Part shown: positions 20,305 through 30,035 of the stretch, one piece after another
How the letters are laid out: every line of letters begins with the position of its first letter
Numbering within the stretch: position 1 is the first letter of the stretch
Assembly: GCA_964345775.1 (NCBI GenBank)
Contig: CAYFSO010000005.1
Coordinates: 1 to 54,931 of the forward strand
Reading direction: 5' to 3'
Source of the DNA: an uncultured Leptospiraceae bacterium
GTDB lineage: Bacteria; Spirochaetota; UBA4802; UB4802
DNA: 54,931 nucleotides
Program-made: the position numbers and the translations under genes
Notes under the pieces: model-generated
Seen by the model: only the letters and a program-made list of their open reading frames with translations
Databases searched by the model: none
Told to the model about the DNA's origin: nothing

Positions 20305-21660
20305 TCACTTGCCTATACAAAACCTGGCAAATATGGAGTTGAGCACATCATCAGGGGTGATCTCTCCCGTAATCGCAGATATCACATCAATTATTGATTG
20401 CAGTTCAAATGCGGCTATTTCCGGGGGCTCGTTTTTTAAAAAAAGATCTTTTAGATTCTGCGCGTTTTCATGCGCTTGATTCAACAGGGAGATGATCCTG
20501 AAGTCGGCCAGGAATGAGTTTCCATGGTGTACAAAATCTCTCTTCACCACACCAAGTATTTTGCTTTCCAGTTCATCCAGTCCCTCCCCTTTCAACGCGG
20601 AGAAAGTCACTAACGGCTCTCCCACAGACCCTTCCATGGATGCAATGGTATCACGGCTGGCCGCGTCTACCTTGTTTGCTATGTAGATGCAGGCCCTGCC
20701 TTTTGCCGCATTTAGGATTTTTTTGTCAGCATCTGTTACCCCTGTAACCGCATCAAGTACGATGAGCAACAATGAAGCTTCCCGCATGTTCTTCAGGCTC
20801 AGCTCAATACCCTTTTTTTCAATCGCACAGGAGGAATCATTTATCCCCGCTGTATCGATAATATTGACCTGCAGGCCGCGAATGGATACCGACTCACGGA
20901 TAATATCCCTTGTGGTTCCCGGGATATCTGATACGATAGCCCGTTCATTGTTCAAGATGCAGTTGAGTAAACTGGATTTCCCAACATTTGGCTTACCAAC
21001 TATCGCACAGTCAATTCCATGACTTATTGTTTCACCCGTCTTACACCGCTGCAACACATCAGATATCATCTCACTTATGGTTTCAGTCCGGTCTACCGCG
21101 CCATCGCGTGAGATAAACTCGACATCGTCTTCAATAAAATCGATGTTGCATTCAACATCAGCTTTCAAGAGTATCAGTTTTTCCCGTATTTCACCTATTT
21201 TCTCACGCAGTGATCCGTGCATCTGCTGAATGGCGGATTCTATTTCCCATTCACTTCTTGCGGTAATTATATGATGTATTGCCTCGGCCTCCGTGAGATC
21301 CATCTTCCCGTTCACAAAGGCACGCCGTGTAAATTCTCCCGGCTCGGCTATCCTGCAGCCCTTTTCAGTCAGCATACCCAGTATGAGGTTAACTATTAAC
21401 GGGTTTCCGTGGCATGATATTTCGGCCATATCTTCACCGGTATAGCTTGCAGGCTCACGATAACAGGTCACCATCACGTCATCCACCAGCCTGTGGCCGT
21501 CATGAATGGTGCCATAGATTGCCATCCTGTGTTCAACCCTGTCGGCACCACTGAACATTTCAGAAACGACCCTGACAGAATCAGGGCCGCTTACTCTTAT
21601 CAATGCTATTGGCGCGTGTACCGGTGCCGTGGCTGGTGCGCATATTGTATCTTCGCTCAT
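20305..21660 (-). CDS. mnmE: tRNA modification GTPase MnmE/TrmE
   Basis: SYTGED, GKPNVGKSS, GTTRD, DTAG, C-terminal FCIGK. Confidence 0.97.
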   Translation of the reverse strand: MSEDTICAPATAPVHAPIALIRVSGPDSVRVVSEMFSGADRVEHRMAIYGTIHDGHRLVDDVMVTCYREPASYTGEDMAEISCHGNPLIVNLILGMLTEKGCRIAEPGEFTRRAFVNGKMDLTEAEAIHHIITARSEWEIESAIQQMHGSLREKIGEIREKLILLKADVECNIDFIEDDVEFISRDGAVDRTETISEMISDVLQRCKTGETISHGIDCAIVGKPNVGKSSLLNCILNNERAIVSDIPGTTRDIIRESVSIRGLQVNIIDTAGINDSSCAIEKKGIELSLKNMREASLLLIVLDAVTGVTDADKKILNAAKGRACIYIANKVDAASRDTIASMEGSVGEPLVTFSALKGEGLDELESKILGVVKRDFVHHGNSFLADFRIISLLNQAHENAQNLKDLFLKNEPPEIAAFELQSIIDVISAITGEITPDDVLNSIFARFCIGK

Positions 21661-21671
21661 AGTACCACTTG

Positions 21672-22313
21672 CTATCGCTGATCTGAGGGCATTATCTTCA
21701 CCTTCCTGTATATTCCCTGTCCCTCGCTCCTTGTTGTTACCCTTGCATCATTCTGCAACGTGAGATGTATAAGCCGTCTTTCAAAGGGATTCATCGGTTC
21801 AAGCGTCCACGGTTTTCCGGTTCTGACCACCTTCGTTGCCACTTCCCGTGACAGCTTTTTCAAAGCACGTTCCCTTTTTGCGCGGTACGATTCAATATCA
21901 AGGATTATCTTCTTTTCACTATCGGTCTTCTTGTTAACCATGAGGTTAACGATAAACTGCAATGCCTCCAGGGTTTTTCCCCTTTTCCCAATGATCAATC
22001 CCGAATTACTGCTTTCCAGTTCAACGTAAACTTTGCTTTCTCCTTCTTTCAGGTCGCCAATAGATCCATCGATATTCATCATTTTTAAAAGGTTTGATAT
22101 GATCTCCCCTGTAACCTGTCCCACGTCATTTATATCGTCATTATAATAGACTCGTATCTTCGCAGGCCGCGACATGCCAAACCCGAAAATACCGCTTTTA
22201 CCCTCGTCAATTACCTCTACCTGCAATTTATCTGAATTATCTATATTTAGCTGATCACGCGCTTTTCTGGTGGCATCATCAACCGATTTCCCTTCCACAT
22301 CGATAACTTTCAT
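21672..22313 (-). CDS. jag: Jag/EloR/KhpB RNA-binding protein
   Basis: Jag_N EGKSVDDA, KH IIGKRGKTL, R3H ERRLIH. Confidence 0.95.
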   Translation of the reverse strand: MKVIDVEGKSVDDATRKARDQLNIDNSDKLQVEVIDEGKSGIFGFGMSRPAKIRVYYNDDINDVGQVTGEIISNLLKMMNIDGSIGDLKEGESKVYVELESSNSGLIIGKRGKTLEALQFIVNLMVNKKTDSEKKIILDIESYRAKRERALKKLSREVATKVVRTGKPWTLEPMNPFERRLIHLTLQNDARVTTRSEGQGIYRKVKIMPSDQR

Positions 22314-22389
22314 GTTCACGCCTCCTCATAACAATAAGAATATTGTAGTATGTCTTTTATCTAGCATCATAGCCTGTTCACCTTTCCTG

Positions 22390-24090
22390 TTATGCCTCCG
22401 CTGCTTCCACTTTTCCCTTCCTGTTAATATACAACTGGTGAAAAACCTGCAGTACGTTCTGCATTATCCAGTAAAGAACCAGCCCTGAAGGCATATTCCA
22501 CAGAACCACAAGTATGATAAGCGGCATAAACATCATGAACTTCTGTTGTTGTGATGCTGCGTCCACCGAAGAGAGTCTCTGCTGCAAAAATGTTGTGACT
22601 GTCATTATAACCGGTAGAATGTTCAGGTTGAACCCCTGTATCTGCATAACCGTGTCCGGAAGTGAAAGATCATTTACCCAGAGTATAAAGGGTGCCTGCC
22701 AGAGATCTACCGAGTTGATCAGGGCGCTGTACAACGCGAAGAAGAATGGCATTTGCAAGAGTAATGGCAGGCAGCCGCTCATTGGATTGACCTTGTTCTT
22801 CTTGTACAGTTCCATCACCTTCTTGTTCATGACTTCAGGCTTTTCCTTGTACTTGTCACGGAGCTCCTGGATCTGCGGGTTCAATTCCTGCATTTTTTTC
22901 ATGGACTCTGTAGACTTCTGCGTTAGCGGCAGGAAGACGATCTTCGTAAGTAACGAAAAGATTATAAGTGACCAGCCAAGATTCCCGATAAACGAGTCGA
23001 TTGACAGAAGGCTCCAGATGACAAGGTCACGTATTGGTTCTATCCACTTGTTCACGTCGGCCGCATCCCTGAGCGATGCATCAACGGCCACAAGCTTATC
23101 CTTGGTCTTTGGCCCAACGTACACCTTGAAAGACCGGGTAACCGTATCGTTTTTTTTGAAAGCATCAACCGGCATGTACATTCCCGTCCTGAACCCGGTT
23201 CCTTCCCTGTTATCATATATCACACCGGTTCCACTTGTCTGCTCGGGCATCATTATGATCAGGAAATACCTGCTCATGACACCAACCCATCCAGTTGTAC
23301 CGTTCTCTCTTTCAATCCATTCATCGGGATCGTTCAGGTCCCCGTTTTTACGAGCCTGCTCGAAGTCATCCTGTATATAATAAACACTGTTTATGGTATT
23401 ATAACTGTTGTCATAATCCATCTTCGGTCCCATGAAATCACCTGGCGAAAATATCAGGTATCCGTTAGGAACCTGTACATCCTTTCTGCCGGTATTTGTA
23501 ATGTTGAAAACCACTTTCATGAAATCTTTCCCTTCTTGGAATATGAAGCGTTTTTCAACCTGTACCGGTACGCCGTTCAATACCATGGTAGCAGTGAAAC
23601 TGCACTCGCGGTCAGAGATCTTTCTTGATCTCCATTTGACGTTTTGAAGGTTGTTTCCGGTAAGGAATTCCCTTTCGCTGAAATGCATGGCGAAATCGAA
23701 CCTGCCATCAGCATTGAACTCATTATCCTTGACAATAAGCTGGATATCCCTATCCCGCAGGAAGAATTCGTCGATGGTTGCGCCCTCATTAGTTACCTTG
23801 GCCAGGTAACGGTCGGTCTTAACACTGTATTCCCGTTCGCTTCCAGTCCTTGATACAACGTCCATTGCTGCTGCACTTTCAACACCTCTTTGTATACCAG
23901 CCTGATCCTGAAATTGTTTTTCAGCAGGTTCCACAGGTTTTTGCTGTTTTTGCACAGCATCTTCCTTCTGCGCCTGGTCTTCCTGTTTTGCAACCTGCTG
24001 CTCCGGTACTTCAGTGGGGGGGGCGACGTAAAACCACAACAACCAGACAGCAAGTGATAGTATAACTGCGACAATTGCTCTTTTTTCCAT
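22390..24090 (-). CDS. yidC: Membrane protein insertase YidC
   Basis: SRYF, NLGWSLI, NPMSGCLPLLLQMP, DLSLPD, PSGLVLYW; large periplasmic domain. Confidence 0.97.
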   Translation of the reverse strand: MEKRAIVAVILSLAVWLLWFYVAPPTEVPEQQVAKQEDQAQKEDAVQKQQKPVEPAEKQFQDQAGIQRGVESAAAMDVVSRTGSEREYSVKTDRYLAKVTNEGATIDEFFLRDRDIQLIVKDNEFNADGRFDFAMHFSEREFLTGNNLQNVKWRSRKISDRECSFTATMVLNGVPVQVEKRFIFQEGKDFMKVVFNITNTGRKDVQVPNGYLIFSPGDFMGPKMDYDNSYNTINSVYYIQDDFEQARKNGDLNDPDEWIERENGTTGWVGVMSRYFLIIMMPEQTSGTGVIYDNREGTGFRTGMYMPVDAFKKNDTVTRSFKVYVGPKTKDKLVAVDASLRDAADVNKWIEPIRDLVIWSLLSIDSFIGNLGWSLIIFSLLTKIVFLPLTQKSTESMKKMQELNPQIQELRDKYKEKPEVMNKKVMELYKKNKVNPMSGCLPLLLQMPFFFALYSALINSVDLWQAPFILWVNDLSLPDTVMQIQGFNLNILPVIMTVTTFLQQRLSSVDAASQQQKFMMFMPLIILVVLWNMPSGLVLYWIMQNVLQVFHQLYINRKGKVEAAEA

Positions 24091-24223
24091 AATAAAATCC
24101 CTGTAGATAATAATAATACCCGAACACGCTTAATCACCGTAACTCGGGTACTGGCACCGCGGGTCAGTCAAGAAGTAACGTCTTCAAGGCAGGAAATGAC
24201 GAAATGCTGTATTTCATGAATGA

Positions 24224-24481
24224 TCAGGGAACCGGATCATAACCACCCCTGAAAAGGGGGTTACATCGCAAAACCCTTTTAATGGCAAGAAACAACCCTT
24301 TTATTGCACCATGTTTTCTAACCGCCATTATCGCGTATTCTGAACATGTAGGATAGAACCTGCACGCGTTGGGCAACCAGGGTGATATAACCAGCTTATA
24401 TGCCCGTAATAATGCCATTAGAAGTAATGATACGGGCGAATGTTCCGTTATCTTTTTAATAACCCTGCTTTCTGAAAACAT
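24224..24481 (-). CDS. yidD: Membrane protein insertion efficiency factor YidD (start uncertain)
   Basis: [21 protein letters not shown]. Confidence 0.93.
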   Translation of the reverse strand: MFSESRVIKKITEHSPVSLLLMALLRAYKLVISPWLPNACRFYPTCSEYAIMAVRKHGAIKGLFLAIKRVLRCNPLFRGGYDPVP

Positions 24482-24801
24482 TTTGCAATATCCTGTGCTG
24501 CGTCGGTATATGACATTGTCTTAAAACCTTCCATGGGGCTGATTATCAAGCTGCAATCATTGCGTATTGAGGGTAAAAAACGGTCGCAAATGGCCCTGAT
24601 CCTTCGTTTTGCCCTGTTCCTCTGTACCGCGTTACCGTATTTTTTATTCACCACTACCCCGATCTCTGGTCTTGTTCCATTACCTGTAAGAACTATCATC
24701 CTGATGTTAGATCCCCTGACCCGTTTTCCCCTCTTGAACAGTTCTCTAAAATTACTCCTGCCTTTTAACGAATACTCTTTCTTCACCTGTACCTGGTACA
24801 A
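24448..24801 (-). CDS. rnpA: Ribonuclease P protein component
   Basis: [17 protein letters not shown] motif, position after rpmH. Confidence 0.93.
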   Translation of the reverse strand: MYQVQVKKEYSLKGRSNFRELFKRGKRVRGSNIRMIVLTGNGTRPEIGVVVNKKYGNAVQRNRAKRRIRAICDRFLPSIRNDCSLIISPMEGFKTMSYTDAAQDIAKCFQKAGLLKR

Positions 24802-24802
24802 C

Positions 24803-24961
24803 CTACTTTGCCGAGTGCCGTTCGTCAGATACGGTCAACTTGTGTCTTCCCTTCCTTCTCCTGTTACGGAGTACCGCACGTCCAGATGCGGAGCTCATTC
24901 TTGCCCGGAATCCATGTTTTCTGTTTCTGCGTAAGTTACTTGGTTGAAATGTTCGTTTCAT
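24803..24961 (-). CDS. rpmH: 50S ribosomal protein L34
   Basis: Missing from ORF track; manual translation [52 protein letters not shown]. Confidence 0.97.
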   Translation of the reverse strand: MKRTFQPSNLRRNRKHGFRARMSSASGRAVLRNRRRKGRHKLTVSDERHSAK

Positions 24962-25091
24962 ATAAAGTACCCCAAATATTAAAATTTCAATATATCATTA
25001 ATGATGGTTGATCTCTTCACATTGCACTGGCGCCGGGATCACACAGGTATCCAGACTACATAAGATTATACATATCAATACGAAAGTAGCA

Positions 25092-25119
25092 ATCATAATT
25101 TCAGCCTGATCACTGTCAA
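25092..25119 (-). promoter_or_regulatory. Putative sigma-70 promoter of rpmH operon
   Basis: TTGACA-N16-TATGAT on minus strand. Confidence 0.6.
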
Positions 25120-25132
25120 TAGTATTTTTTTT

Positions 25133-25984
25133 CTATTTTAGCGCAAAGATGTTCATGGTATCTGAAAAACAGAATAATTTTGACAGTTTTCCATATACCA
25201 ATGCAAAAGGAGAGAACAGTAAGGAGTTTTCATTTATAACTCTTCCGGGGTGATATGCTGCGGGACAACACCTTACACTTCGGAAACCTGTTTTGTATAA
25301 CACCTTTTTTAACGCACCCGGGGAAAAATCAATATAATGGTCACCAGGATGTGTCATGATCCATTCATTTCTGTGAAAAGTAAACATTGGGCCGAATATG
25401 GAGGGCATGGAACAGGCAAGCACACCGCCCGGTTTTAACATATGGTATATTTTTCCAAGCAATTCAACCGGTGAAGATGAATGCTCAATAACATACCAGG
25501 CTGTAATAACATCAAAGGAGGACTTCACACCTGCATATTTTTCAAAGGGTTGATTGAGTACGCTGAAACCAAAAGACTTTCTGCAATATTCTGAAGCAAA
25601 CCCCGATATCTCCAGCCCTTCAACATGGCCAAACCCTTCATCATGTGCTGCTTTAAGAAAAAATCCAAGCGCACACCCGATATCAAGCAGGCGCATTTCA
25701 CTGAAATTTTTGCGCGGGGAAAGCTTTCTAATATCACGAAGCCGCTGCCTGCCCAGTTCGTATATCCATGAGAAGTCTTCCTCGTATGTTTTGCCGTACT
25801 GCTGCTGGTATTCATCCAGGAAGTAATTGCTGTCGTAAGATGCAGGGGCATGGGAAAGATTGATCACCACGTGACAATTGCCACAGTACTGCAGTGAACT
25901 TTCATAAAGGGATCGCAGTTTCTTTTTACCCCCACAGAGGGGACATGGTACCGGATCTGCATACTGCTTCATTACCGGCACCAT
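25133..25984 (-). CDS. Class I SAM-dependent methyltransferase with N-terminal Zn ribbon
   Basis: CPLC..CGNC; LLDIGCALG; FDVITAWYVIEH; LKPGG. Confidence 0.88.
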   Translation of the reverse strand: MVPVMKQYADPVPCPLCGGKKKLRSLYESSLQYCGNCHVVINLSHAPASYDSNYFLDEYQQQYGKTYEEDFSWIYELGRQRLRDIRKLSPRKNFSEMRLLDIGCALGFFLKAAHDEGFGHVEGLEISGFASEYCRKSFGFSVLNQPFEKYAGVKSSFDVITAWYVIEHSSSPVELLGKIYHMLKPGGVLACSMPSIFGPMFTFHRNEWIMTHPGDHYIDFSPGALKKVLYKTGFRSVRCCPAAYHPGRVINENSLLFSPFALVYGKLSKLFCFSDTMNIFALK

Positions 25985-25988
25985 GCAG

Positions 25989-26486
25989 CTATTTTTCTGC
26001 AGCTTTCCTGCGTTTGGCGGGCTCGGCCACCACCGATACTCCCTTAACCTTCACATTGTCCATGGACAGTAGAACCAGTTCGGCATACTGTTCTGGAACC
26101 TCGATAAAGGAATACGTAGTATGTATATCAATTTTTCCAATAAGCTTGCCATCTATACCGGATCTTTTCACAATTTCGCGGATAAGATCGCCGGGGGATA
26201 TCCTGTGATTCTTTCCAACGTTAAGAAAAATACGTGCCTTCCCGTCCTTTACGTCCTCGAAAACCACCTGTCCGCTCATGTCCTTCTTTGCCACGTCGGG
26301 CAGCTCATCAAGGTCAAGATTGGAGATATCACCAAGGTATTCATGCAAAAGGGCCGCCGCGATTCTCTTGTTACCTGCAAAAAAGGGCAGCTTTTTTTTC
26401 ATCTTTTTCAGCAACTCCGCATGTGTGGACAGGTCCTCTGTCATGGCGGCGTCAAGAATCTTTTCGATCTTCTTCATCTGGTGCAT
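25989..26486 (-). CDS. Stand-alone DbpA RNA-binding domain protein
   Basis: RIFLNVGK..ISPGDL..IGKIDI..YSFIEVP; no helicase domain; start set at ATG 26486 by SD GAGG. Confidence 0.82.
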   Translation of the reverse strand: MHQMKKIEKILDAAMTEDLSTHAELLKKMKKKLPFFAGNKRIAAALLHEYLGDISNLDLDELPDVAKKDMSGQVVFEDVKDGKARIFLNVGKNHRISPGDLIREIVKRSGIDGKLIGKIDIHTTYSFIEVPEQYAELVLLSMDNVKVKGVSVVAEPAKRRKAAEK

Positions 26487-26556
26487 ACACATTTCCTCGT
26501 CTTGTTCATCATACCCGGTACAGTACCGGGAAAGTTTGTAAAATGGCAAGCAATTT

Positions 26557-27228
26557 TCATTGCTCCTGCAGCCTGCAACGGTATCCAACATTGCGTACCG
26601 TTTCAATTATTGAATTGAACTCTTCACCCAGTTTCCCCCGTAAACGCCGAATGTGCACGTCTACGGTCCTGGTACCACCGATGTACTCAATACCCCATAT
26701 CTTGTTCAGCAGTTCTTTTCTTGAAAAAACTTTATCCCTGTTCTCTACAAGAAATCGAAGCAGTTCAAACTCTTTAAAGGTCAGGTCAATCTGTTCGCCC
26801 TCCAGGTATACCGCGTAATTATCCAGGTCGATGGCCAGGTTACCTGTTTTTATGACATTTTCATTAGAGATCAGGTTCTTCTCCCAGAGCAGCTTGTCAA
26901 GTCTTCGCTGCAATTCCATTTTTCTGAAAGGGTACAGCACGAACTCGTCGAAGAACCATTCAAAATCCAGCCTGTGAAGATGCCCCACGCGAAGTATCAG
27001 CAGGACGGGCAGGCCGTGCAGTACTTTGCGTATCCTGGACAACTGGAACTGTATGTTATCAAATTCCTCGATTGACTCAATATCAAGGGCAACACCCAGC
27101 AGTTCCTCCGGCTTCAGGGTACCCATGGAACCGAACACACGGATATCATATCCGCTCAACTGTTCCCGGAATTCGGCAATCACCTCCTTGTTGCCGGATA
27201 TCAGGCCAATCCTGGATTCGGGCATCAC
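26557..27228 (-). CDS. Orphan OmpR-family regulator with atypical receiver (GlnR-like winged helix)
   Basis: DLTFKEFELL, WGIEYIGGTRTVDVHIRRLRGKLG, TVRNVGY. Confidence 0.88.
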   Translation of the reverse strand: MMPESRIGLISGNKEVIAEFREQLSGYDIRVFGSMGTLKPEELLGVALDIESIEEFDNIQFQLSRIRKVLHGLPVLLILRVGHLHRLDFEWFFDEFVLYPFRKMELQRRLDKLLWEKNLISNENVIKTGNLAIDLDNYAVYLEGEQIDLTFKEFELLRFLVENRDKVFSRKELLNKIWGIEYIGGTRTVDVHIRRLRGKLGEEFNSIIETVRNVGYRCRLQEQ

Positions 27229-28409
27229 CTGTCCCTGTTCCGTGTTAATGAATTAAATGTATTCATATACTGCTCTGCAACCGCATCTGCATAAAAATCC
27301 TGTACCTTTTTGCGGTTTTTCTCGGCACAGTGCTCATACAGCATTCCGTCATCATGGAAGCGCTGAATACTTTTCGCACACGCTTCAACGTCCCCCACGT
27401 CAATAAGCAGGGCGTTCTCCCCGTCTACCAGGAAATCTACCTGTCCACCATTATTGGTACATACTATGGGAAGCCCGCAGTACATGGATTCCATGAACAC
27501 GATGCCAAATCCCTCGTGCAGTGACGTCAATACGAACAGGTCAGACTGTGACAGGTAACGATACTTGTCCCCGTCTTCCACGAAACCAAGAAAACGCACC
27601 CTTTCCTCGATACCCAGCTCATTTGAAAGTCCCTCAAGGTATTCACGTTCCGGGCCGTCACCCATGATGAGCAGCCTGTAGGGGCGTTCTGGAAGAATAG
27701 ACAATGCCCTCAACAACACGTCGATAGCCTTTCGTTTTACGATTCTACCAATGGTTATAAGAACAAAATCATCCTTTTTCAGACCAAGAGATTCACGGCT
27801 TGATTCGGGTATCTCCGGGGGATGAAACGCAAGTGGGATGATATCAATTTCGCGTCCCGGATCATAGTACGTCAGGGCATTCTGCCTCGTATTGCTCGAC
27901 TGGGCCACAACCGCGTCCGCCTTTCGGAGCATCCACCTGACTACCCGGCTGAAAAACCAGCTGTTATGGGGTGACATCTTCTTGCTTGGGTCGTATATGT
28001 CCCCGCCATGCAGCGAAAGCACATTGGGTATGCCAAACAGCCTGCTGAGCAGGTGCCCCAGTGGCCCTGATGGCACCGCGAAATGGGTGTTGATCACATC
28101 GTACCGGTACTTTCTGCAAAGAGCAAATCCCTTAATAAATCCTGTAACCAGGTACGAAAACATTGACAGGAATGATGCCGCGTCACGTGATTTCCTGAAA
28201 AAGATCTTTGCGCGATATACATGTATGCCATCCATGTTCTCATATGACGGTATATCCCTGAAGGATGATGTAAGCACATCCACCCTGGCTGTTTTTGACC
28301 ATTCTAACGCAAGATCATACGTGGCAATCCCTCCCCCACCACCCAGGGGTGGAAACTCGTAATTGATAATCAGTATCCGTTCAGTCCTGCTGCCGCTTCT
28401 CTTTTCCAT
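27225..28409 (-). CDS. Glycosyltransferase family 4
   Basis: YEFPPLGGG, GRIVKRK, EGFGIVFMES. Confidence 0.92.
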   Translation of the reverse strand: MEKRSGSRTERILIINYEFPPLGGGGGIATYDLALEWSKTARVDVLTSSFRDIPSYENMDGIHVYRAKIFFRKSRDAASFLSMFSYLVTGFIKGFALCRKYRYDVINTHFAVPSGPLGHLLSRLFGIPNVLSLHGGDIYDPSKKMSPHNSWFFSRVVRWMLRKADAVVAQSSNTRQNALTYYDPGREIDIIPLAFHPPEIPESSRESLGLKKDDFVLITIGRIVKRKAIDVLLRALSILPERPYRLLIMGDGPEREYLEGLSNELGIEERVRFLGFVEDGDKYRYLSQSDLFVLTSLHEGFGIVFMESMYCGLPIVCTNNGGQVDFLVDGENALLIDVGDVEACAKSIQRFHDDGMLYEHCAEKNRKKVQDFYADAVAEQYMNTFNSLTRNRDR

Positions 28410-28549
28410 TACCGTATATCCAGATCATGTACCTGTAAGTTTAAAAGTTAAGTCAATATACCAGAGTGACTTCTTATAATTCAACAATTATACAGAAAAA
28501 ATACCCGCATAAAAAAACAAAATATGAACGACACGTCGCTCAAATAGAA

Positions 28550-28578
28550 TTGACATTGTTATGTCCAGTCAGTAGTAT
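28550..28578 (+). promoter_or_regulatory. Putative sigma-70 promoter
   Basis: TTGACA-N17-TAGTAT upstream of 28620. Confidence 0.55.
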
Positions 28579-28619
28579 ACAAAATATCAAACCCATTTAT
28601 TTGATTCGGGAGATCCATT

Positions 28620-29246
28620 ATGAAATTGTATCGCATTCACTGTGTTTTTTGCATTATTGCCCTTCTTGTTTCATGCACCACCATCGATGTGGCAGTTGAT
28701 AAAGATATAAAACTGCACAAGAAGATGACCAAGATCGCGGTTTTCCCCTTTGACGTAAAGGGCGCCACATGGGGAGATGAATTCTCCGATGCCATATCAC
28801 ACCAGTTTTTTAAGCAGACAAACGTTGAAGTGGTTGAACGTGAAGCAATTGAGCGTATTTTGAAGGAACAGCAACTCTCAATGTCCGGCCTCATCGATGA
28901 CAAACAGGCTGTCCGGATAGGCAAAATGCTTGGAGCAGATGTTATTATTATCGGCAGGGGACACGCACTGAGATGCACTGATAAAGGAAAGCAGGTACAA
29001 AATCTCATCGACACCTTCACCCTTAAGGCCATTGGTGTTGAAAAGGGTTCCCTTCTCATGACCGTACGAAAAGAACCCGGAAAGGCCTGGAACTGGGGAT
29101 ACAGGGCAAAGTACTGCTGCAGCCTCACCCTCATCTGGGACAGCAAAGACATCCTGATACAGAGCTCACGCTACGATGATATCGCCAGGCAGGTGGTGGG
29201 TCGGATCATTAAGATCATGGAAAAGGAAAAGATCCCCCGGGGATAA
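28620..29246 (+). CDS. CsgG/HfaB-like lipoprotein
   Basis: LVSC lipobox; IAVFPF, VVEREAIERILKEQQL..G, IGKMLGADVII. Confidence 0.8.
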   Translation: MKLYRIHCVFCIIALLVSCTTIDVAVDKDIKLHKKMTKIAVFPFDVKGATWGDEFSDAISHQFFKQTNVEVVEREAIERILKEQQLSMSGLIDDKQAVRIGKMLGADVIIIGRGHALRCTDKGKQVQNLIDTFTLKAIGVEKGSLLMTVRKEPGKAWNWGYRAKYCCSLTLIWDSKDILIQSSRYDDIARQVVGRIIKIMEKEKIPRG

Positions 29247-29258
29247 AACCAGGACTGC

Positions 29259-30035
29259 ATGAATTCACGGCTGATAACGCTTATTGCAGGCGTACTGTGT
29301 ATCTTCAATATATTCGTGCTGCAGGCCAGGGGGGCAGAATTCGATGAACTGGACAAGCCCCCGGAAGGTGCATACGGAGGCCAGATGCTGCTTGGCGGGT
29401 TCATATCCATTGGGAAACCACTGGGCAACATAATTGACGCTGAAAACACCTTCGTTGAAGACCAGACACATACATTCGAGAACGAGGTTACCAAGCTCAT
29501 CAAGCTCTCCCACATGTCATTCGGCCTTGGACTAACATATGAATACATGCCAATTGACCACCTGGGAGCCAAGGTAAAATTTAGACGCTCAATAATAATA
29601 CAACGAACCGTTTTCGGCTCGGAGTACAAGAACTGGCGCCTTGTCACCTACAGCGACTATTCCCTGTACGTTGGGCCAAGCTTTCATGCAACTACCCGCA
29701 AAACATGGGACTTCGTGTTTACCCCTTTCATCGGGTATGCATACGGCGAATACAACGCAACCCCTGTAGCTGATGAACTTAAAGAATCATATGATGCACC
29801 CGGTCCACGATCGGTTTCAGGTTTGACCTACGGTGCAGAGCTGCTCTGTACCATCTATTTCAGCGGGGGGCTTTTCGTGTCTTTCGGGGGAGAATGGACA
29901 AGGAACAATCTCAATTTTGGAAGCGCTTATACGGAAACCTATAGCGGCGGCGATCCATTCCTTGATGGTGCCACGTCAGGTACTATCGACAATATTTGTT
30001 TTACACTTGGTGCGGGATACGCCTTTAAGAATTGA
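29259..30035 (+). CDS. Outer-membrane beta-barrel protein
   Basis: Signal peptide, alternating amphipathic strands, C-terminal LGAGYAF. Confidence 0.75.
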   Translation: MNSRLITLIAGVLCIFNIFVLQARGAEFDELDKPPEGAYGGQMLLGGFISIGKPLGNIIDAENTFVEDQTHTFENEVTKLIKLSHMSFGLGLTYEYMPIDHLGAKVKFRRSIIIQRTVFGSEYKNWRLVTYSDYSLYVGPSFHATTRKTWDFVFTPFIGYAYGEYNATPVADELKESYDAPGPRSVSGLTYGAELLCTIYFSGGLFVSFGGEWTRNNLNFGSAYTETYSGGDPFLDGATSGTIDNICFTLGAGYAFKN

